The notes under the pieces were generated by a model. That model saw only the letters and a list, made by a program, of their open reading frames with translations. It was not told where the DNA came from and made no database searches. DNA of 64,000 bases, taken from assembly GCA_051362555.1 (NCBI GenBank), contig CM120645.1, positions 19,344,001 to 19,408,000 of the forward strand, written 5' to 3'. Positions 1 through 11,775 of this stretch are shown here, piece after piece. Numbering within the stretch: the first letter of the stretch is position 1; each line of letters opens with the position of its first letter. Source of the stretch: Lingula anatina (taxonomy: Eukaryota > Animalia > Brachiopoda). Both the position numbers and the translations under genes were made by a program.

Positions 1-78
1 CATTGAACGAAAAGGCATGTTAATATACACATGTAATTCCATCACATCTGTTTTTCTTCGATATGTGTTAAGTATGGG

Positions 79-160
79 ACAAGAATAATCAAATGGTAAC
101 ATATATGATACAAGAATAATCAAATGGTAACATATATGGTACAAGAATAATCAAATGGTA
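79..160. repeat. 31-bp minisatellite, ~2.6 copies
   Basis: acaagaataatcaaatggtaacatatatg(a/g)t starts at 79, 110 and 141. Confidence 0.85.
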
Positions 161-1570
161 TTTAAAAGACTAGGGGATTTTTTTAATGGGATGTGGGTAC
201 ATACATAGAAACACACTTCGCTTAGACATCATATTTAAAACAGAACCATAATTAGCTAAGGACGATAAAAAGATGGGAAATTACTGGGTTTATCTCGTTT
301 CGTTATAGGTCTTTTGGGGGGGATGGGTGGGTGAGAAAGTGTACATCGAAAGGTGAGGAAGTTTAAGGGGCGGGCCTGTTGTAACCCTTTTTCTGGGATC
401 TGTAACATCAGGATTAAAGTTCAGTTGCAATCAGAATGTGTGAATAAACCCAGATTCGAAAGTCTGCATATCTTAAAGAGATGGGGACGTACCTCAGTCC
501 ACCTAGAAAGCGTTTAACATTATACTGAAATGGACAGGAAATGTGTGCATGCAAATGCACTTTTGCCTGAAGCAACCTCTCAACTCATTTAAGCAGTCCC
601 TTTAAGAAAAAACATAGATCAAAGTGCTGTCCTGAGAGAGAGGCAAAAAAAAAAAAAAACTTAATTAGCGCTTTGTCAAGAAACGGCCACCGGGCATCTC
701 TGTAATACTGTATAGAGCTTTTGTAATCGTTGATAATGGACAAATTGGTGTGAGACACCTGCCCCTTGTCTTGGAATAAACATATATATACGTGTATATT
801 TCAAAGAGCGTTCAATCAAGAAATGGCTGTTGACCGTCTATGGTGAGAAAACTTAAGAAGCCGTTTGCCTCAGCTTGCTCCTGTCATAGCTGATGAGATC
901 AGGTATATATGAAGTCTGTACAGTTCGCATGATAATTTAAATGACAAGATTAATTGCTAGTTACCATTCATCCTGAGCGCCAGGAGTTCTCTTTTATTGT
1001 TGCTGTGTTTCTTTGTTACCTCTAATACTGGGGTGTTGTCGATCTATTATTGTATATTATTGTCCGACCTTTCTCAGTGCGCCGTGTGATTGCAATCACC
1101 TCACAGTAGAAAGCGAATCTAGTTTTTCAGTTGTCCCGCACATAACCGCTGTGATTGAGGCGAGTTCATGCGCATAGTAAAATTATCTTCCTTCCATGGG
1201 GTAATCGTAATCAGACGACCTCATTCCATAGCATTTTGGCTTTAAAACTGAACGCTTCAGCTGTTTACCACACGGTTTTACGTGTGAATATTGGGTTTGA
1301 CCACAAATTTATGGAATCAAAGTCCAAAGAAAGTCTTTAAACCATACCAACATATAACCATAGACAAATTATCATTTCAGAAAGTACGTGTATATATACA
1401 TAGATGAGAGACTTAAATTACAGAGATCACTTTTCTGAACTAAAAGTATATGAGAATATTGGTCACATGGCAATTCAAAGGTATTATCGACTAGAAAAGG
1501 CACGCAACCATCTGTGTTTTTTCATTCCTTTTTGGTAAATAACGTCAACCATGCATTTATTTCAGAAACC

Positions 1571-4500
1571 ATGGCTTCGTGGCGGTTTTTACAGTTTCGC
1601 GTAGACGTTTTAATTGTACTCCTGGGTGTTGTCGCAGATGGAATGGTCCCAGTAAAAGGGATGAGTAGCGTCGGTACAACTTACAGAACGACTGACACGG
1701 TGTCAGAGGAGGACGGACGCTTGGAGAACTCCAAAGCTAATAGAAGTATCGGTTTGTACAGCGCCGAAGTGTTCACGACAGTTGTTTCAGACTGCCTCAA
1801 AACCCACTTTTCTGGTAATGGGCAGTATACAGGGGAAAATCTGAACAGTTTTGGTCAATGTATGGTGGAATTTTGTAATGTTGGGCATGGAGATTCTGGT
1901 TGCAGGTCGTGGAAGCACTTCACGTCTCCTTGCGGACGATTATTCAGTCCACAAAGAACCATAGGTGGGGAATACTTTCCCAATGAATTCTGCCTATGGC
2001 ATATAGAGGTTCCTAAGAGCTACATAGTTAACCTCACATTCGAAATTTTCAACTTGGTTTTTCACGAGGATTGTCCATATGATTATTTAGAAATATACGA
2101 CGGGAATACTACAGAAAGTGCATCAATTGGGAGGTTTTGTGGCAGTTTATTTCCTTGGCATTCCTATTCGTCGACTTCTTTTATGACAGTCGAATATAAG
2201 ACCGATGACCGACATGAACACCAGCTGGGATTTAGCGCATTTTTCACAGCTCTGTCATCTAGTGCTTGGAAACCTGTGAAGGCTACAATGAACTCGATTT
2301 ATATCAACAAAACCGGTATATTGGAACATTCTTTTGATACCGTTACATTCGTGTCACAGTCACATTTTTATCATCACTTTTACATTAAGACAGATATAGG
2401 AAAGGTTCTCAACATGGCCTGGGTGTTGTATGCAACGACAAACGACTCGGCAAGTGCTGTACGCATTTTTGACGGACCATCCGAAAGAGCAAAGCAAATA
2501 ATTCATCTCACGTCAGACTCTTTCCAAACCATAGGAAACACCACCGCCAGAACCCATCAGCTGTATGTCATCCTTGAGCAAAGCAGGTCCGTCGCAGCTA
2601 TGTTGTTTTCGGCAACTTTTGCCTCAAACTGGATGCAGCCGTGTGGCCAGACCTCAAGCCCAAGGAGCTCCCATTGTATTCAACAAAGAGCTAACATGCT
2701 CCAACTGGAGTACGTCAGCCGTGCTTCCGAATACTTGCACTACCATGTTGATTGGTTTGAGAGTGGGCGCGGTGAGTTAACATACGTGTCGCATCGCTCT
2801 GGAATGGTCGTCACGTATATTGACAGGTCTGATAGCCTTGTAGATGACAGACCCGTAGTGCTTATGCCACAGGCAGGACAGTGCCCCTATGCTGGCTTGC
2901 TCCTGTTTATAGACGGGTGGGGAGACAATGCTTCTTTGACGATCGGACCCTTGTGTACACACTTTCGGGGAATAAATATGCCTTACCAATCTTTATATGT
3001 TGTATCGTACTCTGTCGGCGGACTTTTCGATGGGATGACCAATGGAAATGCTATTTTTTATGGACTGATAACATTCCGAAAATACCACGAACCCATACAG
3101 GATGTGCTATTTCATCCTTACCTTGATTTTAATCTAAACGCATCGGAGTTTGGTTATTCTAAAGTGATTAAAGGTCAGTTCAACAACGGAAGTTATGGAA
3201 GAAACTTCACAAGGAAAAAAGCAGAGGTCAATATTTTCCTGACAGAGAAACTGACATTAAAAGATTCATATTATCGGAGGTTCTTGTTTGTGTATGACCT
3301 AAGTCTTCAGGCGCCAACAGACACGATTGATGATTTCGATATAACCATTTCATCGGATGCAGTAACAAGCAACCCCTTTACTGTTACCTTCACATCTTAT
3401 TGGCTGCTTAGTAAGGTTCAAGTTCGATTAATAGTTTGGCGTCCCGATCACATCATTGATATACCATTTATCCAACCTTACCAACGGACTGAAGCTTATG
3501 TGACTGATGACTTTGAGACCAGTATGTATTACTCTTTCCCAGGATCCAACCAAACCATTCGCTTCCGAGTTTTGTTGGCAGATTTTGTTGCATTCGAAAC
3601 ATTTAATTTTAAAATTGCCGTTTCTTATAAAAATTTGTATGACGACTGTTTTAGCCATTCGTACCTTACTCATTTCTTTAAAACATGCGGTATTTTAAAT
3701 ACTCATTGCACCGTTCCTTCGGCGAAAAATGGATCCAAGATCTTGTCACAAAAGGCATTCGGAACTCTATTCAAAAGTGTTTCTGACCGTGAACATTTTT
3801 TGGCCTATACTATTTCTTTTGATGATACAACTCAACATTGTTTCACCAGTAAAAAGGCAATGTATGGTATCAAAGAGTACTATCCCTGTGATGACCCAAG
3901 TGGTGACTGTATGATATCTTATGTTTTTGGGACACAGGACCCATTCGTTTGGACCAGCATTTCAAATTACAGATTTCTTTTCGAATTTTACCGACCAAAT
4001 GACGACAACGATTTGACTGCAATGAGTGGAGCCTTCACGAAATATGCCTTAGATATAACGGACGGCTTCGCAAGCAGCATGGCAGAAACGACAAATTGCA
4101 CAAACAGTAAATTCGGTGGAATCGAATATCGTGGCAACTGCTACAATCTTCATTTCTCCGATGACAAGATGTCATGGGCACAGGCAAAAGATCAGTGTTC
4201 GCAAAAGGGTGGTTTCCTTGGGATGTTTCACGACAACGCTGACCTCGATTATGTGAAGAACGCATTGGCGAGGGTTTGGATATCCGACCTCTTTATCAGA
4301 AGACGCTCCCTGGTGTACATCGGACTCCGCAGTGGGAATGTAAGTAGACTAGCACGGTATGCTATCGTGTATATCGGGCTCGTGGACAGAGCATTGTTTA
4401 ATACATTTCATTTTCTGTGATGGCAGAATAGACATATTTGCATAAATTATAACCCTGTTTCCAGTTAAAAGACAGTAAGTAATAGACAAAAAAACAGTAT

Positions 4501-7500
4501 TTGAGACATGTACTTGAAAACAGGAGTGTGTACCCGTCTCTGGTGTTCAATTCCAACAGCAAAGTGCAAATGTAAATGGAAAACGTTATAATGTTAAACG
4601 CTTTATTATCAGAATCCTTAAAAACATTTATCTAAAAATCGAAGCTCGAGAAACAAGTGACTCTTCCTTACCTTATACTAAAATTTACATGGGTAAGTCC
4701 CATTGGCAATGTTTAAAGAATACTGTATTCGTTTAATTGTGGATTTTCTCATCAAATTGCGTGCAGTGATAATTGGTGACGACATTTCCCAGCTTGCCAA
4801 ATTTCATCTAGCTCCGGTACTAATGATCAATAATTTTGTGGGGGACTGAAACCCGATCAATCAACTACAAGAATTACAAATGTTTATCATTTGATACACT
4901 CTTCTGGGAAGTCCAACTGTAATAAATTACCACTAAAGACTCGATTTAGAGAAAAAAATACATGTGGGGTTTGCAATGTTAATCATTCTAGCCCTATGTC
5001 ATTTGAGACAATGAATACATGCCACCGCCATTGTGTGTCCAGACGGTTGATTTATTGTCATGCTGACAAATATCGTTTCAATGTCCCTATGCGATTCATT
5101 CAGTTGTGCCCTGCCAAAAATGTATTCTCTGCTGAAAATGCAATATAAAAAGTTGTTATTTTACCATGCCGGCGAAGAATCCGTTCCTACTGCGCACTGA
5201 CGGCCCCACTCCCGTGTTCCTCAAGCTAAATATGAGCAGCCAGCTTCACGACATTTTCAGCACAATCTTACTTTCAGCACAATCTTACTTTCTCCGTTCT
5301 CCTTTATTAAAGACTTAAAACATGTATTTGAAAATATTGCCGTTGTAACACATCCATGACTTAGAGATGGCATTTTCCTTAACCGATACGAATTCCAATA
5401 TTTAATAAGTGAAAATTTGTTTTTAGGATCATTCAACTATGTGGCCCGATGGAACAACCGGGGTTACAGATTGGTACGATCCAGAAAAATCTAAACCCCA
5501 CTTTGAAGGAAAGTTAGCCATGTTGCAGCTAGACTCCACGACGCGTACCTTCTTCGATCCAAACATCAGGCAACCCTTGTTTGAAGAAGGCCGGAGATGC
5601 ACCATGATGGTTTTCACGTCTCCGCGCCTGTCTTCAAATTGGGTCCAAATTCCGTGCTATCTTCCCATAAATCACACCAGCGCTCTGTGCATGCTCTCAT
5701 TGACTGAAAAGAAAAATGGTACTGAAGTGGTCAATTCAAACCTAACGGAATCTACCCCTACTGTTGGGGTAAAATTAGAAGGAGACACGACCTCCCTCAA
5801 GGCAGTGTTGTCGTCAAGGACCTGTCCAGAAACGTGGTGGTTGATTGACAGACGTTGCTACGGATTGGTTAACATGACCTTGACTATTAAGGAAAGCGGG
5901 TTCACTTGGACCAGGTCCAGTGACATTTTCATAAATATTGAACCAGAAGAGCGCAAAAAGACCTATTTGACGGCTGAGAGATTGGCGCGAGAACTTTGTC
6001 ACAAACATGGCTGGCGATTTGGTGTTATTGACAAGGCACGTGGACAGTTGCTTGCAAACATCTTGTTAGCTTCCCGGTTGCCAACAGATAAGACCACGGT
6101 GATTGCGGAACCCGACTATGACTATGCTAACTCTACCTGCATATATGGCACTTCTGTTGCGTACTTTTCTCATATCCTGCACGAAGAGTACGCCGACTTT
6201 GGCCAAAGGTATGAATTCCTAACTCTTCCGATTTCATTCTTCCTAATTTTTTCGACCATAAAATTCTTAAGTACAAGAAGCGGTTAGTAGGGGTAAGGGG
6301 TTGTTTCCACCTAATTAAGCTAATGATTAAATATTTGCACACCAAAGGGTCCCGGTTTTGGTGAAAATCTCCCTTTCGCCCCACCTTTTACCCCCTCTCT
6401 CCTTCTTTTCTCTATCTTTTTCCTATCCTCTCTCTCTGTCTCCCCTCACAGGGACGCAGACTGAGCAAACGGCGTGGAAAGGGTTTTGAAGGGCTATATA
6501 TATTGGAAGTTGGGTATTTGTACCGACTATGGTGCTCCTTTAGCATTGACTGCTAACACTAAATAAAGAAGTTATATTATTTGTGGACTGTATATCTAAA
6601 GCACTAAATTCGGAATAAATTTCATTCGTAACGGTAGAAATAGGAATTTAGATTTAAACAGATCGCAATTTTTTGTACAATTCTGGATAATGTATACCAT
6701 GGTGACAATAGGTAAAATTGTGGGATTTGCAGGCATTTTTCCCTTAGTTACAAGTATCGTATGTCTTGAAGAGTAACTTTTTACAGTATAAACCAACTTA
6801 TGCAGCCACAAACCCTTTGCACGTTTGATCATGTGCTTCTGCATATGCTTCAACGATTACTATGCAAAATCATACGAACACGCCGTTTCTTTATGCATTT
6901 CAGGAGCCGACGAACGTGGGAAATTATTAATTGCACCCTGCCAAACATTGCAGGTGAAGACATCTTCTTGGACAGCATCAAATTTGCTCTCTGTGAGAGA
7001 GACCTGACCAAGAGTTTGGACATAAATTGTAAAGCATCCGAATTCTTCCACGAGTGTTCCGACGGCACGTGTATTTTGAAACACCACAAATGTGACGGTG
7101 TAAGAGATTGCATCAACGGGGATGACGAATCAGGTTGTCGTGACTTGCATGTCAAACAGAACAGCGAACTATCTAAACTGGGCAGCGAATGTGGATTCCA
7201 TGGATTTCCTTGCGACAACGGACAGTGTATCCCTGTCTCCAAATTTTGTGATTTCTACCCGGACTGCCCCGATGAATCAGATGAGAAATACTGTCGGCAC
7301 CCTCCCTGTGACCCGAACCAGTTCCGTTGTTTTCGTGGCCAGTGCGTGCCTCTACAAAACCGCTGTGACAGAGTGCAAGACTGCCTCGATGGCACAGACG
7401 AACAGGGTTGTGGTTCTTTGCAAGAAGACTGCAACGGTTTCGTATGCTTTTCTGGGCACTGCTTGGCTGACCGATATATCCGAGATGGTGTCTATGATTG

Positions 7501-9547
7501 CCCTGGAAATTTTGGAGAAGACGAGAATGCGACGCAGATAGCTTTCTCGTGCAAGACTAACATGGTTCCCTGTGAAGATGGCAGTAATATCTATTTCTGC
7601 CCTTGGAACGCTTGCATTCATGACATTCTAGGAGACGGCACTGTTGCGTACTGCAGAAGTGGCGACCATTTAAAAGGGTGTCAAGACATTCCTTGTTCTA
7701 GCCAAAATCTTTTTAAATGCCCCAACTCATATTGCATAAATCTGCACAGTATTTGCGATGGCGTCCAAAATTGTCCTGGTGCAGAAGACGAGCAGAATTG
7801 CACGACACATACGTATTCATGTCCAGGTGCTTTTCGCGGTAAAGGAGACGGGTTTTGCGTACATGTGTCAGAACTTTGTGACGGACAGCAACACTGTAAG
7901 AAAAGTGGGGACGACGAGAAGTTTTGCGGGCACGTGACCTGCCCGCAAGAATGCAACTGCTTAGGGGAATCGATGCATTGTGTTAATAAGGACTTAACAT
8001 ACATACCCACGTATTCTTTCAACCTAAGGGGGCTGATTCTTTCTGGCAATCCCCTTGAATTGTCAAACAGAACGTTTGATCAGCTAATATACTTGGTCAA
8101 GTTGGACATTTCAAATTGCGGACAACAAACACTACCAAAGAACATATTTCGAGGGCTCCATAACTTACGTGATTTAAATCTATCTCACAATTATCTGACA
8201 GCAGTTGAAGGGCACATGTTTCAAGATATGCATTTTTTGACAAATTTGGTCTTAACGAATAATCCACTTGCCACAGTTTTAGGTTATGCATTTATTGGGT
8301 TGCAGTCTTTGCAACACTTGACGCTGGCTAACATGATGATTAATTTTATTGATGCAAATGCCTTTATAGGTCTAAAAAATCTAAAAACTTTGGATTTGAG
8401 CCATAACAATTTGGATACCCTTTACGACGGGACTCTGGCTCCTTTTGCATTTTTAAACGAACTTAACCTCGAAGGAAACCCTCTTGCCAACGTAAACGCC
8501 AGTGCCTTTTCAATTTTAAACGCGGACCTCCTATTTAAAAGTGGTTTAGCGAGGTTGTGTTGTATAGCTAATCAGGTGATGAAATGCACGCCTCAGCCTG
8601 CCGGTCTGGTCACGTGTTCGGACTTGATCTCCGATGTTTTCTTAAAAGTGGTCATTTGGGTTTTATGTTTGGTTGCATTGTTAGGTAACCTGGCAGTTAT
8701 TGGTTGGGTTCACGTCAGAGGGTCTCAAAGGAATGATATGGGTTTGGTCTTGGTTGTTTTTGTGGCGCTTTGTCAGGTCCTCTCCGGCACATACATGCTC
8801 GTTTTGGCTGTGGTGGACCAATTGTTTCGAGGAGAGTTTTTCCTTCACATTAACAATTGGACACACCATTGGTTGTGCAAATCAGCGGCGTGCATTCTGA
8901 GCGTTTCCATCGGAACCACTATGTACCTTATGGTTGCAATATTGGCAGAAGATATTCGTTTATTGCTTTTTCCTGGTGTGAAAATTCCAAAGAAAAGCTA
9001 CCTGATTTCGTCGGGCATGGTAGTTGTTTTTTACACTGTCCTAAGCGCAATGTCAGTGATACACGGTTCCGATAGATCGAGTTTCTGTACTTTATTTGAT
9101 CACACGAATGAAACGACCGCTCCGTTAGACTGGTTACTGATATTTTTTAACTTTCTCCCTTTGGCATTCCTCATATTTTTGTTGGTTGTTTTGTATAAAT
9201 CGTGGTCTAAAATCAGAGATTGGGACATCGAGCAGGATGCTTATACTCGTTGGACACAGGGTTTTGTCTGGATTATTTTTTCATTATTCGCGAACTGGTT
9301 TTCAATTTTGATTGCCAAGTTATATGAAAGTGGTGTTGTGTCTGTTGTAGATTATGAAGGAATTCTTTTACTTCTTGTCATGCCGGCGAGTCTCACGCTA
9401 AATCCGTTTGTTTATGTGTATTGTAAACCAAAGGAACTCGAGCATCTCGCAGGCAGGAGTAGTGACAGTAAAATCATGGCCCAATCAACAGAAGTGCCAC
9501 TTACCCTCCGTGAAGGCAAATTTTCACTGACACAAAGTGGAACTTAA
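1571..9547 (+). CDS. GRL101-like LDLa/LRR-containing rhodopsin-type GPCR with an extended ectodomain (CUB + C-type lectin-like + LDLa + LRR + 7TM), ~2064 aa, 3 coding exons
   Basis: Exons 1571-4339, 5427-6208 and 6904-9547 join in phase (0, then 2) through GT..AG introns; 6195 nt in total. An acceptor tttatttcag precedes ATG 1571. CUB ~1931-2250 (CGRLFSP..YFPNEFCLWHIEV..CPYDYLEIYDG..GRFCG). CTL-like domain spliced across intron 1 (YRGNCY..MSWAQAKDQC..VYIGL..WPDG..C..WVQIPC), with a second degenerate one from ~5820. About 7 LDLa modules ~7028-7927 (CDGVRDCINGDDE etc.). LRRNT + LRRs ~7940-8540. 7TM ~8635-9420 ending NPFVY. Confidence 0.88.
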
Positions 9548-11775
9548 AGTCCCTGAGACCTGGTAACATAGTTTTGTCACAACACATTTGGTTATTGTTG
9601 AGTTGCAGATTGCTCTTCTGTACCTGTAAATCTTGAATAGTCAATTAGACCACATACCTTTACGATGGTATTTATAAGAAAGGGATATATCTGCTTGATG
9701 CACGGCCGAATAGTGAGAAAAAAAATGCTCGGCGGAGGGGCAACTGTTGAAGGTCCACAATACACGCGGTACATGTAAGCAGGTGATTTGCACCTTATGT
9801 CATACTGATCATTGAAGGGCTGACTACAGGAAAAGGAAAAGGAGACTTTCTGAAGATCTCTAGCTCAACAGATGATTCTAAAAAAGCACTAAAAATCAAT
9901 CTTTTTTAAAAGGTTTTATGGTTGACCATTTAATACTTTACAGAATACTATAACTGGAGATTTTCTCTTCACTTTTAATACCACTACTTTTTAATATAAA
10001 TTAATCCCTTTAACTTTGTATTTTATTTGTATTGTATTTTATTTGTTAAGTCTGCAAAACACATTTTTATGGATTTTAGACTCTAGATAATATATTGTTA
10101 TAAAACCCCTCCCTTCCCCACAGTTTATTATATAGGCCCTATGTATCTTTGCATAAATATTTAGTTACATCTCTTATCCGCTTAGATAGTGCAGAAATGA
10201 GAATTGCCATGATAGAGAAGGGAAAGGGGTGGACGGTTTAGGGGGTGGAGGGGTGCAAACAAGGAAAACCTTATACATTAGAAACACAATTGTATTATTC
10301 TAGAGTTTGTGACATTAGTATTGTAAAATTACACGATTATTTTAGATGTGTCAGTAAAAGTTATATTCTAAAAACTACTTAGTCTGTATTGCCATTGATC
10401 CGTGCCTCGGACTGAACTTAAAGATGCATATTAAGCGAGCATCTATGCCTTACTATTGCCGCTAAACTGGACCAAATGCCAAATGCCACCATAAATTTTC
10501 AAATTGCAAGCGACCCTGATATTGTTGCAGATATCCCTAGATACATCTATGGGATGGTTTCTTTGTGCAGTTTTAGCCACTGTTATATTTTAACTGCACT
10601 AAAGCCCGTTCTTAATTAAAATAGTGCAGTATCAGATCAGAATCTCCCACTTTACTACTTCACCCAAATCCTTTTTCATAGTCAACATCAACTTATAATA
10701 ACACAACCATTACTGACAGAAATGTAGTTTTCCTTTGTCTTAATCTCAGTGGTTATCCAGTGCTTACAACAATGAACATGCTACAGAGTTAATGTATTCC
10801 ATTTTTTGTCATAAATAAAAAAGCAGCTTGTCAAACAGGACACAGGAAACAAAGAGAAAATTTTATCTATTTTTCATATATTTACTTTTCTATTATGATC
10901 AGTCAATAAATAGTCCAGATGAAAGATATTAGTTAAAAAAACATTTATATATACACATGTCTAGAAAGATAATAGTTAAATAGTTAATAGATAATATTAA
11001 TAGATAATAGTTATTGATATTAATAAATATTAATAAATAGCTAACAGTTAAAAACATTTATATATAAATTATTGTGAGTGGAAAATTGATTTCTAACCTT
11101 AAAAAACTTAATGATTTAAATAAATAACTAAAATACAAAATGATTAAAGAGAATAAATCATTTTGAAAAAGAATACAAGATTATAGAATACAGAATACAA
11201 TATTATAGTAACACTTATGTATTATTAAGTAAATGGTATCTAATACAATAATATAATATGGTGAACTTATTACAAACATGGGATAAACCAATTAAAATAC
11301 AAAAAAATACAAAAATATGTCAAGTGTTCAATATTATATTCTTTTCCAAAGAGTCACATATTCTCCCCTGCAGCAGGGTTTAAGTTGATGGTATTTGTCT
11401 CCATGCTTCCTACATGTAAGCCGCATATTTCTGTTCTTAAATTCTGAAGATGGTGTCCGAGGAAGCCTCACAAAGTCATTCAGATTTATGGATAACAAAA
11501 TCCTCCTCTGCTCTGGAGATACAAAAACCTAAAACAAAATATGTACAAGTAAAATTACAAACAAAATCAATAATTACCAATACCAATAATACTATCCACA
11601 AAATTAAGTTTTTTTCTATTAAAGATAGAAATGACCTTCAAGTGAGGAACTGTAGGTAGGGTCCAATTCACACATTTATTGGGATCATTACTGCTTTATG
11701 GCATGATGCATTCACAGCAAGCTTCACTAATTTTCAAGTGTAAGGGCACATTTTTACCTTGCATGCTGATTGTTA

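Noticed and set aside
780-902. Possible non-coding first exon of the GPCR ending at atcag|gtatat (902)
   Set aside because: Plausible, since an acceptor precedes ATG 1571, but not distinguishable from chance donors without transcripts
1514-1570. ORF-track start at 1514 (and starts at 6800, 31482, 42442, 54454, 20138 etc.)
   Set aside because: These are upstream intronic in-frame extensions; splice acceptors define the true exon starts
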